In this document: positions 1 through 10,043 of the stretch, piece by piece
Numbering within the stretch: position 1 is the stretch's first letter
How the letters are laid out: the number at the start of each line of letters is the position of its first letter
IMG/VR virus record: IMGVR_UViG_3300021963_000160
Location: 1-54,899 of that record
Reading direction: 5' to 3' (one strand)
Source of the DNA: a virus
Lineage: Duplodnaviria > Caudoviricetes
Length of the DNA: 54,899 nucleotides
Made by a program: the position numbers and the translations under genes
The notes under the pieces: generated by a model
What the model was told of the DNA's origin: nothing
The model's database searches: none
What the model saw: only the letters and a program-made list of their open reading frames with translations

Positions 1-1
1 A

Positions 2-442
2 TTCATAAGGACTTCCTGCCACTAATCCGCAATCTGATGAGGTTTGCCCTATGTATGTAACCAACCCTTGAGTATCGGCAGCTAAATAACCTTCTGATGG
101 TGAACTAAGTTCGTTGTATGCCACATTGTTATATGTAGCAATAATTCCTTTTGGGACCGTATAGGGTGATATATAAACAATAACAGCACCAATTCCTGCT
201 GTTAAATTTATATTCATTATAAAATTTCCTTGACCACCCGAGTTGTCTATTGTAACTCCACAAGGGAAAGCGCATGCCGGGCAATCTTGTTGTGGCAATA
301 ATACACAATCTACCAATTCGCGAACAATACTATCTTCTTGATAATACCCATTCGGTGCGCAAATAGTCAAACCTTCATCAATGTATACCCCTGTTGCGGT
401 TGCTAATGTTGGTGCGTTTAAATAATATGTAGCTAAACTCAT
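2..442 (-). CDS. Cys-rich putative tail/structural protein, runs off the left edge of the window
   Basis: Read manually: ATG at 442, MSLATYYLNAPTLATATGVYIDEGLTICAPNGYY...CPACAFPC..., open to the window edge; follows the nozzle gene on the same strand. Confidence 0.7.
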   Translation of the reverse strand, partial: MSLATYYLNAPTLATATGVYIDEGLTICAPNGYYQEDSIVRELVDCVLLPQQDCPACAFPCGVTIDNSGGQGNFIMNINLTAGIGAVIVYISPYTVPKGIIATYNNVAYNELSSPSEGYLAADTQGLVTYIGQTSSDCGLVAGSPYE

Positions 443-452
443 GTTTTAATAA

Positions 453-3400
453 TTAAGAACAACCTCCGCATTGAATAAATGTAATGCTAATAACACCTGA
501 CTCTCCGATTGGAGCATCGCCATCCGTACAAAACTCATATATCCCAGGTAAGAATACAACAGATATTGGAACACCTCCGCATGGGGTATATCCAATACTT
601 GCCTCTGATATAACCTCTACACTAAATGTAACACATTGCCCGTAACAAGTATCACATCCGCAAGCATTAACTGAAGCGATAGTTGCTGCCCCTGTTTCTA
701 TCGTTGGGATATAATTCATATCAGAACAAACGAAATACCCGTTATACGGTTCAATGTTCATTACTGTTATTTCCCCAGTGTAACAATCCCTATAACTTAA
801 TGTAGTGTTACTGCTACTATTTGATACAAAGTATTCTGCACAACTTTCTACACATGGAGTAGCACAATCGCAACACGCATCATCGATATTAGTTGAATAA
901 CATAATGAAGCGGATTGAGGTGTTCTGTAATCCCAAATAAGATATAAGTATTCTTTAATCGAACTTAGTGTAAATTCAGCGTAATTAAGTGTTCCGCCAC
1001 CTTGATTAGGTGTAGCCTGAAATGATTCTGCAAGTAACGCCCGAATATCAGTAGGCGTATTTGCATACAATGTATCTGACGAAAAGTATCTAAATTTATT
1101 TTTTGCGGGATTAAAATTAAATGTATCAAAACCAAACTTATTACAAATTAAACTTACAGTTGAATTTATATTAGGAATGCTTCCTGAGCTTATATACCCT
1201 GTTGTTGCATTATACCTTGAAACTAGTGGGTTATCAACACCAGAATTAAATGTAACTAAATTAGATGTAAGAGGAGATATATATGCTCCATTAAAATACC
1301 TATATTGATTATGGATATAACTTCCCGAATCAGAATCATCGGTAACACAAACCTCCACAACAGTCATTAATTGAGCGGCAGGGCAAGCTACTGTTATTTC
1401 AAGCACTATTGCGCCTGTAGCGACAACTTCTATATCTACGGTTTTTACAGTTTGTAAATCCTTATTTACATAAATAGAACCATCGGTCACCACCTCATTT
1501 GATGTTGTTGTCGTTCCGTTATATATGCCGTTTACAATAAATCCAAATGGATAGCCTACTGGTGTTACTTTCCAACTTACAATTACTTCCCCGACAAACT
1601 CTCCTACATTAACACAAAAATTTAACGTTTCATCTTCTGCAATATTGAACGTTTGGTTTATACCACAATTAGTACATAGAGTTTCTATAGGTAAAAGTAT
1701 ATCGTTAGAACTTAAAACGTATTCATCCATGTACGGATCATAACCTCCAATCTTTTGATAGTTTAAGTTAGTTATAAAGTCATCTCTAAACCAAGTTCTC
1801 ATACCTAAATCAGAAACTACTATTAATTGATCGCTACTGTATGAGTTACCTTTTAATTGAATTACCGCACCACGTTTCGCATCGGTAAAATACCTATCGT
1901 ACCCCCAATTAGCATAACTTTCAGGATTGGCGCTGATACCATATTTTTCTACTCTTGCTATTTGCGTTCCTAATACCTCGGGAGTTGATGTAATTGCACC
2001 ACCTGCTGACGCATCTGACAATAAATTCTTGCCTGCTAGCACATACGATATTCTATCTTCTTGTAAAACTAATATATCAGTTTCTCTTCCATCAAGTAAA
2101 TATATAGGACCAAATGAATCTTCTAATGGTTTAAAATTTACTAACCCTAAATTAAATTCATTTAATTTATTAAGGTTTGACTCATCGTTATAAACTCCAC
2201 TATATGTAAGGTCGGCAAAACGATTGGCTTGTTTATAGTCTTGAGCAGATACAGATGTAACTTTATTTCCAAGGTTAAATGTATTTCCTCCTATAGAGTC
2301 TCTTATTCTATAACTTTCTGCACCATTCCCAAATGTATAACAATTGAAAAAGTTAGTATCAATTATTGCAGGAGTTCCCGTGTAGAAACTTTGGTCTTGC
2401 ACATTGCCTTGATGGTCGCCATCTATTATTGCAAATGATAATTCATTTTCATAAAATATATCAGGTAACGTTTCAATAGGTTGGGTTTCAAATATAAATA
2501 GAGAATTTGCTCTAAACACCTCAATAGATACCGACACTTTAGACCTTCTATTTTTACTACTTCCGCAAGGGCGAACTCCACCTATCATAAGATACATCTT
2601 TCCATTGGCTCCATCAAGTTGAAATTGATAATGGTTAGATAAGTCGCATGGTAAATATGTTATATAGGTTCCTGTAATTGGGTTATAATAATTTTCTTTA
2701 TATGTACCTGTTCCTGTGTTAAGTATATTTTCAATATCATCGCCATCCCACCAAGCTTTAAAACTATCATAATTTGAGTTAGACGTTAAAGTTCTATCAA
2801 GGTTATAAACTCGTTTTTCACAAGCTGACCCTGAACCTATTCTTTCAAAATTAAAATTTAAACGTATTTGGCTTCCTTGCGGAATAGTATAATCTTCCCA
2901 CGTAATCCCATCTGGGCCAAGAATACTTACAGGATAGGGCACGTATGGGCACGATGTCGGTGTTACCCAAATTGCAGTAATTGTCCCATAAGACACAACA
3001 GCATCTTGTTCAAATACTGTTGCAAAGCTATTTGGGTTAACTTTTACATATACTCCAGCAGGTACAGGAATTATAACAGTTGGGTCTACCGGGCTTGGAA
3101 TATTTATAAAATTCAACTCCTGAACTTTCTTTTCTAGAATAGTAGCATACGCACAATTACTAAGCACTCCGTCTGTATCGGCTTTTACTATTAATCTATC
3201 TCCTTGTTCTACCTTTTGAGCATTTTCTCCCTCTAACAAAAAGTAAACCGAATTAGAATTTGGGTCTTTAAAAAATATTGAACAATAAATTGTTTCGTAA
3301 TTCTCCCTATCGGATTTTATTACAAACTTATATCGTGTTGCCCATTCAGGAGCAATTTGAGTATAAGGAATAGTTACTTGTATTGAGTTTTGTTGTCCTG

Positions 3401-5249
3401 AGTTACCACAAGGGACAAAAACTGTATTATTTTGACTTACTAGGGCAGTTGTTGAACGATTGTAGTCATCCATATAAACTATCCCTATTTCATATCCTCT
3501 ATTAGAATGTAAAGATTTTGGGTTAGAAATTTTTTGATATGTTACTTGAGCAAATGTTATTTTATAGTATTCGTATACAGTATTTGGACCAACATATTTC
3601 ATTGCCACAAACTGCAATCCAATTAATTGGCTCGCGGGGCTTGATATTATTTTGATAGGTTGTCCAACTAAAGAAATACCGCTTCCTGACTTAACGTATG
3701 AGTCTAGGTTGGTAGGGATTTCACAGTTAATTAAAGAGGTTAAATCTTGTCCATCGCAATAATCGGCCACTGTTGTTATAACTGGATTCCCATGAATTGC
3801 ATTCTGAAATTCAACACTTGAAGCAAGCGCAAACACAGATGTGTAAGACTGCTGCATAAAGAAAGGAAATGTTATTTCGATATTATCTGTAACTTCATCT
3901 GGTACTGGAGACCCTGAAAATGAATGGTGTGACAATGTAACCTCAATGGTTATAGAACCACCCGCAGGCAAAGGTGTGCCTGCTGTTATTCCTAATCCCT
4001 CTAAATTAATATTTAAAATAGAATCAGGAATTGCTTGAGCATTGTCTATACTATATGTACCGGTACCTGTTGTGTCTGGTAAATTTTCTAATCCTATTTC
4101 AGTTTCAATAGGATTTGCTATATATTCTAAACTCACAGGGTTGCCAAATGAGTCTACCATGTTATACCCTTCGATGTAATTCCCATAAACAAGCCTATTG
4201 CCCATTAATGTTTGGGCTTTTGCAAGTAATGGGACATTATCATAAAGTCTAAATATTTCAGAATCTGGCAATACTGTAAATATTTTACTGTTATCGAATA
4301 TGTATTCTTGAATTGAATTATCTACTAATCCGTTTTCAGCTTTATTTATATTTTCAATTACCCTTATTAAATTGGTTGCCGCTTCTTTAAATAACAAATC
4401 TATTGATTTAACAAGTGGCCCGCCTGTATTGTATTCTATTTTAACAGCATTGTTAACATTTACCATTCCTTCATTTAGATAACTATCGGTACTGAAACTA
4501 AATGAACTTGGCGTAAATGCAGGCTCGCTGAATTGAGACACTGCCGAATACTCGCCATTTTCGTATTTATACCTATATGCAAAACAAATAAATCTTGTTT
4601 CAATAAAATTCATTTGCCCCGATGTAGGGAAAGTGCTTATTGATGGAGATTCTGTTGGCGGCTTTTTAATAACTAATATTGATTCTGCTGTAAATTGGTC
4701 AACGTTAGCTACTGGGAATGGATAATTTTTTGTTGTATTGAAAGACCTTGGAGGGTTATAGTAGTCTGTAAAAAACACCAATCCGCTATTGCCTGAAATT
4801 CCTGTAATTTCAACCATATTAACTCCGGTTATTAGATATTGCGGATTAAAGTTTAATGTGGTATTTCCTATATCGTCAGGATTACTTATACTGATTATAT
4901 GGTAAGTTAGTAAATCTGTAAATACATTATACGATACAATCATATCTAGTTTCCCCGTTGAACCTACTGAAAATTCAGGGTCGTGAACAAACCAATAAAT
5001 CGTTTCTTTCGCGCTATCTTCCAATGCGCCGATACAAACCGCATGTATGCTTAATGGTGTGCCATCGGAATATTTTAATGTGGTTAAAGATGTGTTTCCA
5101 TTAGTGTTTTCAATAACTCCAATTTCAGAATTTTCTGTTGACCCCATTCTGATATTCATAGCATTGATATATTCACCATTTGGAATAAGGCGTTGGTCTA
5201 CTACCTTATTCATTTTACCTGCTATAAAATTCCTTGTGTTTTTTGCCAT
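453..5249 (-). CDS. Tail stabilization/nozzle-like protein with Cys-rich C-terminus
   Basis: 1598 aa; N-terminus ..FIAGKMNK..DQRLIPNGEYINAMNIR.., FAYRYKYENGEYS, GNRLVYGNY, YFTDAKRGAVIQL, GGYDPYMDEY, as in Bacteroidota podophage stabilization proteins; downstream of ring proteins. Confidence 0.7.
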   Translation of the reverse strand: MAKNTRNFIAGKMNKVVDQRLIPNGEYINAMNIRMGSTENSEIGVIENTNGNTSLTTLKYSDGTPLSIHAVCIGALEDSAKETIYWFVHDPEFSVGSTGKLDMIVSYNVFTDLLTYHIISISNPDDIGNTTLNFNPQYLITGVNMVEITGISGNSGLVFFTDYYNPPRSFNTTKNYPFPVANVDQFTAESILVIKKPPTESPSISTFPTSGQMNFIETRFICFAYRYKYENGEYSAVSQFSEPAFTPSSFSFSTDSYLNEGMVNVNNAVKIEYNTGGPLVKSIDLLFKEAATNLIRVIENINKAENGLVDNSIQEYIFDNSKIFTVLPDSEIFRLYDNVPLLAKAQTLMGNRLVYGNYIEGYNMVDSFGNPVSLEYIANPIETEIGLENLPDTTGTGTYSIDNAQAIPDSILNINLEGLGITAGTPLPAGGSITIEVTLSHHSFSGSPVPDEVTDNIEITFPFFMQQSYTSVFALASSVEFQNAIHGNPVITTVADYCDGQDLTSLINCEIPTNLDSYVKSGSGISLVGQPIKIISSPASQLIGLQFVAMKYVGPNTVYEYYKITFAQVTYQKISNPKSLHSNRGYEIGIVYMDDYNRSTTALVSQNNTVFVPCGNSGQQNSIQVTIPYTQIAPEWATRYKFVIKSDRENYETIYCSIFFKDPNSNSVYFLLEGENAQKVEQGDRLIVKADTDGVLSNCAYATILEKKVQELNFINIPSPVDPTVIIPVPAGVYVKVNPNSFATVFEQDAVVSYGTITAIWVTPTSCPYVPYPVSILGPDGITWEDYTIPQGSQIRLNFNFERIGSGSACEKRVYNLDRTLTSNSNYDSFKAWWDGDDIENILNTGTGTYKENYYNPITGTYITYLPCDLSNHYQFQLDGANGKMYLMIGGVRPCGSSKNRRSKVSVSIEVFRANSLFIFETQPIETLPDIFYENELSFAIIDGDHQGNVQDQSFYTGTPAIIDTNFFNCYTFGNGAESYRIRDSIGGNTFNLGNKVTSVSAQDYKQANRFADLTYSGVYNDESNLNKLNEFNLGLVNFKPLEDSFGPIYLLDGRETDILVLQEDRISYVLAGKNLLSDASAGGAITSTPEVLGTQIARVEKYGISANPESYANWGYDRYFTDAKRGAVIQLKGNSYSSDQLIVVSDLGMRTWFRDDFITNLNYQKIGGYDPYMDEYVLSSNDILLPIETLCTNCGINQTFNIAEDETLNFCVNVGEFVGEVIVSWKVTPVGYPFGFIVNGIYNGTTTTSNEVVTDGSIYVNKDLQTVKTVDIEVVATGAIVLEITVACPAAQLMTVVEVCVTDDSDSGSYIHNQYRYFNGAYISPLTSNLVTFNSGVDNPLVSRYNATTGYISSGSIPNINSTVSLICNKFGFDTFNFNPAKNKFRYFSSDTLYANTPTDIRALLAESFQATPNQGGGTLNYAEFTLSSIKEYLYLIWDYRTPQSASLCYSTNIDDACCDCATPCVESCAEYFVSNSSSNTTLSYRDCYTGEITVMNIEPYNGYFVCSDMNYIPTIETGAATIASVNACGCDTCYGQCVTFSVEVISEASIGYTPCGGVPISVVFLPGIYEFCTDGDAPIGESGVISITFIQCGGCS

Positions 5250-6172
5250 TACTTGATTATTTTATCGATGCCTCGTAAATTCATAAGTAACTTTCCTGGA
5301 TGTATTTTGCTTATTCTTATTTTTGCATTTAAGTATGCTGCACGCTTATCTTTTCTTGCCCGTGTTACAATATATTCTTGAACTCCTAATTTCTTATCAA
5401 GTATCTCATAATTGATATAGGCGTATATGTATTTCTCAAATAGTTTGTTTACAGAAACCGAAGTATCATCTCCGCCTTCCATTCCATCTGATATGTACTC
5501 TAAAATACATGACTCTTCCCTCATGTCTGAAGAAAAATTAATTACACCTGCTTTATTATCTACCCTAAAAGTAGGATTAAAGTTTGCAGTTTCTGTATTA
5601 AGGCCATATCTCGCACCTATTGTGTAAGAAAAATACCACGCACCATCAATATTCCATCCTAAATTTCCGTTTTGTGGATTTGAAGAATTTAAGTAAATGC
5701 TCTTTTGAACTCCATCTAATCTATCTTCATTTAATCTTGACGGGTCTATATAAACTACATTATCATTTATATCAAATATAACAGTTCCGTTAATGTCTTG
5801 TTCGTACTGAATCGTTGACATGACTTGTATATTTTCAGTAAGCGGTCTAATATAACCGTCTTTATACATGGAAATTCTAACCCAATTTACATAGTTTGAA
5901 GGAAGTATAAATCTAAGGTCGTCAGCTACTGTTAATTGAAGCGTTTTAACTTCTCTAAAAGCATCGTAATTTAATTCCTGTATTGCACGTTTAGCGTGGA
6001 ATAGAATCTTAAATCTTTCTTCGTTATTAACTAAGGAGTGATTTCCGTTATACATCAACATAAAGTTATTTACAATGTCAAATAAACTTACATATTGATA
6101 TGAGCCAAAATTAGCATCTGTTGGTGCAACTCCGTTATTAGTATAATATTTAAACTGTGATATGTATGCCAT
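5249..6172 (-). CDS. Putative tail ring/head-tail adaptor protein
   Basis: 307 aa; FHAKRAIQELNYD, LPSNYVNWVRIS, ILEYISDG motifs; lies between MCP and nozzle. Confidence 0.6.
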   Translation of the reverse strand: MAYISQFKYYTNNGVAPTDANFGSYQYVSLFDIVNNFMLMYNGNHSLVNNEERFKILFHAKRAIQELNYDAFREVKTLQLTVADDLRFILPSNYVNWVRISMYKDGYIRPLTENIQVMSTIQYEQDINGTVIFDINDNVVYIDPSRLNEDRLDGVQKSIYLNSSNPQNGNLGWNIDGAWYFSYTIGARYGLNTETANFNPTFRVDNKAGVINFSSDMREESCILEYISDGMEGGDDTSVSVNKLFEKYIYAYINYEILDKKLGVQEYIVTRARKDKRAAYLNAKIRISKIHPGKLLMNLRGIDKIIK

Positions 6173-6196
6173 GGTTTTTATTATAATGTATTCATA

Positions 6197-7135
6197 TTAC
6201 TTTGCGTCATTTTCGCGTTCTTCTAATTTAGCAAACTGATAAACCTCTGTTTCTCTAATTGATAATCCACAGTACGCAAGTATTTTAATAATTAAATTAG
6301 GCTCCTCCTCTAACGGCAATTCAAAATCTTGATAATCGGGTTGAGATTGGTCAAAACTTGGTTCGCCTCCACTTAATGAAACGTAAGTCCACTTAGGGTC
6401 TAACGGGTAACGTGTGTATTGTGCCAAAACTTTACCTTTGTCGTCTATTGTGCTAGGATACACTGTAATTAAACTGCCTTCTAATGTGTATGCCGGGAAA
6501 GTGTTATTTGGCATTGTTAAATTAGAAGTGTTTAGCATAGTCACTTTGCCATGAGTTACTTTTTCTGCTTCTTTTACAGACGCTGATTCTAGGATTAAAT
6601 AATCTTCAGGAGCATAAGTAAATATATCTGCTGTTAATGAAATGACTGTTGCACTTACTACTGAAATTACTCTCGCAATATCTCCTGTGCTTACACTTAC
6701 AACTATATCATTTGCTACAATTCCTTTTGATGTAAACGCTCCAGCTGTATCTACTAATTGGTTAACTACAACTGATGAAGTATTCCCTGTAGCTAATTCA
6801 TTTGTATAACAAAGAATTTTACCTGTCACATACCAATTATCTCCTGTTGTAGATAAGCTTGGCATGTAAAATATGTTATTTGCGAAGTGTGAAAGGAAAT
6901 TAGTAGATGAAAAATACTCTATACCTTCAGATATTATTTTTACTAAGTTCGCATAATCTGTTCCTGATTGTCGAACATTTTCAAGGTTTATTTGCTTATT
7001 TATATTAGAAAAATAATCTTCAAATATTTCTAATTGAGCTTGCTTAGCAAAAGAATTAAAATCTGCTGGGCTTACGTAACCGTAATTGTTTTTATTAAGT
7101 ATTGATAATACTGTTGACCTTACTGAGTTTATCAT
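6197..7135 (-). CDS. Putative tail tubular/ring protein with inserted beta-rich domain
   Basis: 312 aa; LSILNKNNYGYVSPADFNSFAKQAQLEIF..., YTRYPLDPKW, QDFELP, IIKILAYCGLSIRE. Confidence 0.6.
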   Translation of the reverse strand: MINSVRSTVLSILNKNNYGYVSPADFNSFAKQAQLEIFEDYFSNINKQINLENVRQSGTDYANLVKIISEGIEYFSSTNFLSHFANNIFYMPSLSTTGDNWYVTGKILCYTNELATGNTSSVVVNQLVDTAGAFTSKGIVANDIVVSVSTGDIARVISVVSATVISLTADIFTYAPEDYLILESASVKEAEKVTHGKVTMLNTSNLTMPNNTFPAYTLEGSLITVYPSTIDDKGKVLAQYTRYPLDPKWTYVSLSGGEPSFDQSQPDYQDFELPLEEEPNLIIKILAYCGLSIRETEVYQFAKLEERENDAK

Positions 7136-7151
7136 CTGCTAAATCTTTTAG

Positions 7152-7159
7152 CAAAGTTA
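7152..7159 (-). promoter_or_regulatory. Bacteroidota sigma70 -7 box (TAACTTTG)
   Basis: Matches TAnnTTTG, 16 nt upstream of the ATG at 7135. Confidence 0.65.
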
Positions 7160-7188
7160 TATTAAATTTAATAAAAAATTATATTGTT

Positions 7189-7332
7189 TTATTTGACTAA
7201 CTTTATTTCGGCGTTACTCGGCAAATTGTAAATTCTCCTTTGTTCATTATCTAAAATTACCTTCCATTGTTCGGGAGTTAATTTTGACCATCTGCTTTCT
7301 TTTTGGTAGTAGTCGTTGTACATTTTGTTCAT
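7189..7332 (-). CDS. Small hypothetical protein (47 aa)
   Basis: Manual translation MNKMYNDYYQKESRWSKLTPEQWKVILDNEQRRIYNLPSNAEIKLVK*. Confidence 0.45.
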   Translation of the reverse strand: MNKMYNDYYQKESRWSKLTPEQWKVILDNEQRRIYNLPSNAEIKLVK

Positions 7333-7566
7333 ATTATTATCTGTAAGGTTAAAGGCTTTAAAAGAAAAAACAAAGGGAAAACAAACGTGTAATCACTTTG
7401 ATAAAAGGGAAACAAAAAAGAAAAACCTCCCCTCCCCGTGAAAAATAAATTGCTGCCCTTACGTCTTGGGCTTTAGGCTTGTTATACCTGTATGCTATTA
7501 AAGATGGGAGCAACGCCTCTACCCAAATCAAATAAGTGTGTTATGTTGTGTTAAATTTTATCATAT

Positions 7567-7670
7567 AAACAAAAAACCCATCAAGAGTAGAAGTCTTAAT
7601 GGGTTTTCGATATATCTTAAGAATGTGCTACGAAAAGCCTTTTTTGCATCAATACTTCTACTATTGAACA
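7567..7670 (-). ncRNA. Candidate ~100-nt structured small RNA/leader with two hairpins whose loops are complementary
   Basis: TAATTTTG box at 7674-7681(-); hairpin 7650-7666 and terminator-like hairpin 7573-7607 followed by a U-tract; loops CTTCTAC and GTAGAAG. Confidence 0.45.
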
Positions 7671-7713
7671 CTTCAAAATTACAAATACATTTTTAAATAT
7701 ACAATACTAAAAT

Positions 7714-7748
7714 AAAAAAAACTCTATCAAATTAATGATAGAGTTTTT
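7714..7748. terminator. Intrinsic terminator, possibly bidirectional
   Basis: AAAAAAAACTCTATCA-aattaa-TGATAGAGTTTTT immediately after the stop of 7768..8523. Confidence 0.7.
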
Positions 7749-7767
7749 AAATGTATAATTTATTGCT

Positions 7768-8523
7768 TTATTCTGCTGTTTTTACTTCAAGCATTTTCAA
7801 TATCTCAATCCCTTCGTCAGACTGAAGAAATGAAGCTGTTGCATCATACGGGTCTTGCCCGAATGGTATAGCAAGCATTCTTGTTTTGTTCGTTGCAAAA
7901 TTAAAATGAACCGCTGTTTGATTGTTCCTAAATGCTAAGAATTTCTTATCAAAGAATGAACGCACGCTTGATTTGTGTGTTAATTCAGGGTCATTCATTG
8001 TACTTAAAAACTCTTTTGGATAGTTCCTTGCATAAACCTTAATGTCTCTTGCAATTACTCCTGAGTCCATTGTTGAAGGGTCTCTTCCAAATAGTATACG
8101 TATAAGGTTTTCCATTTGGTCTATTTTTAACCCCTTTGCTGCAATAATAGCATCTGCCTCTAAATCTAATTTTTCAATCTCTTTATTAGCATCTTTCTCT
8201 GCATCAATTTCTTCAAATACACTTCCGTTACCTGGATGATAATGTAAAAACTCCTGCAATACAGGATTGGTTCTTCCTACATTTAAAAATCCATCTTCAA
8301 AGATAATCGGTGCGAGTATAAACTCACCATCCTGCTCATCTTCAAATGGGCTTTTTTGGTTTAATGCATATCTCAATGGACGATTAATGTTCTTTTTTTC
8401 ATCAAAATACAATAATGAAAAACTTTTAGTGTTTCTTGCTGCCAATATAAAAGATTTTGGAGCGGTTTTACTTTTAAGCCTATAGCTTTTGTCCTTAGGG
8501 CCTGTGTGTGTTACTGTTGACAT
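7768..8523 (-). CDS. Conserved phage protein downstream of MCP (possible virion protein)
   Basis: 251 aa; LLYFDE..NRPLRYALNQKSPFEDEQ, IIFEDGFL.V...NPVLQEFLHYHP. Confidence 0.6.
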   Translation of the reverse strand: MSTVTHTGPKDKSYRLKSKTAPKSFILAARNTKSFSLLYFDEKKNINRPLRYALNQKSPFEDEQDGEFILAPIIFEDGFLNVGRTNPVLQEFLHYHPGNGSVFEEIDAEKDANKEIEKLDLEADAIIAAKGLKIDQMENLIRILFGRDPSTMDSGVIARDIKVYARNYPKEFLSTMNDPELTHKSSVRSFFDKKFLAFRNNQTAVHFNFATNKTRMLAIPFGQDPYDATASFLQSDEGIEILKMLEVKTAE

Positions 8524-8548
8524 ATTTATATTTAATTAAATTAAAGTT

Positions 8549-8579
8549 AAAAAAAGACAGGGGATTTTCACCCCCTGCC
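8549..8579 (-). terminator. Intrinsic terminator after MCP
   Basis: Minus strand GGCAGGGG-gtgaaaat-CCCCTGTC followed by a T-run. Confidence 0.75.
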
Positions 8580-8593
8580 ATATAAAAAATTTG

Positions 8594-10024
8594 TTACACT
8601 CCGTAACGGAATAACATAAAGTTGTTTGCACCTAAAGTACATAAGCAACGTTCTGAAAGGAAATTAACTTCCATTGCGTCTAATGAACTTGTTGCAGCTC
8701 CACCGGCAGAACCAGTAATCCAAGTTTTGTACTTACGATTTTCGGTTTGAGATGCACGGTAACGAACGTGTAAGAACGGACGTTTTGCATTTTTACCTAA
8801 TACTTGATCGTAAACAGTTGTAGAACCAGCAGGGACCATAACTCCATTTACTGTACCAACAACACCTGCTGTTCCACCCGAAAACAAACCACCACGCATT
8901 GTAGGGTCGTTTAGGTATTTCCAGTCTTGCTTGTAGAAGTCATAAGAACCTCTACGGAAACCTGTAAATCCAAGGTCAAGAGACATTTGCTTGTCGTTGT
9001 TAAATAATCCGTAAGATGTTCCACCTGCACCATAACTATTTTGCGCTGCAAGCATATCATCAACATCCAAAGAGAATGCACGATTTAAAAACAATACGTT
9101 CTCTTGAATGCTTCCTTGTTTGTCCATACGGGAAAGGATAGTATCAAAATCAGCCATTGTGGTCGGATTACCCGCACCCCAAACGTTTCCTCTATCATTG
9201 ATAACATAGAACATACCTTCAGAACCTTTATTACCGTAAGTAGGATTCAAAGATGCGTTTGCAGCACCTGAACCAGTTTCGGCAGGAACAGCTTCAATCA
9301 TTGATGTTTCAAGATAATCATCAAAACGTAAACGTGTTTCGTGCTCTGATTTTAAATACCAAAGGAAACCTGTAGCTCCGTTTTCAGTAGTTATTTCTAC
9401 CCAACCAATTTGAGCCATATCGGAACCATTCACAGAATAGTTATCTTTAAGGATAATTGGTGAATTTTCAAAAAACTCATCTTCAGCTTCTAAAGAACCA
9501 ATCATTCCTTCGGTTCCTTTTTTAAATTCAGAACCATATACCCAAACTGTAACAGTTGAAGATACGATAAATGTTTGTCCGCCAGCTTCATAATAAGCAA
9601 CATCAAATGTGTTATAAGTAGTGTCTACTGACGTTACAATACCTTTGTTTGCTTCACCGTTTGAGTTTTTGGAGATATAAACGGTTTGTCCTGCGCGAAT
9701 TGCAATTGCTGTAACACCTGTATCGCTTACTGTGATAGTAGCCGAATCTGCATTAATTGCTCCACTTGTAGAACAGTTTGTATACTTGGTATGCAAACGT
9801 CCTTGTTCTGCCCATTTTATCATGTCAGAGTTAGATGGCATTTCGGCTCCAACCATTCTTAAAAATCCTCCTACTGTACGATTACCATAACGTTCAAATT
9901 CCTTCTCGTATGTATCAGGTAGGTACTGATTCAAAAAGTCGAAATTGGTAATATAATTTGTTGAAAGGGCTACCTGTTCAGCACTTGGCTGTAATTGGTA
10001 CCCTGGGGTTGCTAATACACTCAT
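8594..10024 (-). CDS. Major capsid protein
   Basis: 476 aa; NFDFLNQYLPDTYEKEFERYGNRT..FLRMVGAEMP, KWAEQGRLH, LGFTGFRRGSYDFYK.DWKYLND; follows portal and scaffold; followed by a terminator. Confidence 0.85.
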   Translation of the reverse strand: MSVLATPGYQLQPSAEQVALSTNYITNFDFLNQYLPDTYEKEFERYGNRTVGGFLRMVGAEMPSNSDMIKWAEQGRLHTKYTNCSTSGAINADSATITVSDTGVTAIAIRAGQTVYISKNSNGEANKGIVTSVDTTYNTFDVAYYEAGGQTFIVSSTVTVWVYGSEFKKGTEGMIGSLEAEDEFFENSPIILKDNYSVNGSDMAQIGWVEITTENGATGFLWYLKSEHETRLRFDDYLETSMIEAVPAETGSGAANASLNPTYGNKGSEGMFYVINDRGNVWGAGNPTTMADFDTILSRMDKQGSIQENVLFLNRAFSLDVDDMLAAQNSYGAGGTSYGLFNNDKQMSLDLGFTGFRRGSYDFYKQDWKYLNDPTMRGGLFSGGTAGVVGTVNGVMVPAGSTTVYDQVLGKNAKRPFLHVRYRASQTENRKYKTWITGSAGGAATSSLDAMEVNFLSERCLCTLGANNFMLFRYGV

Positions 10025-10043
10025 TTTTTTTTAATTAATTTGG

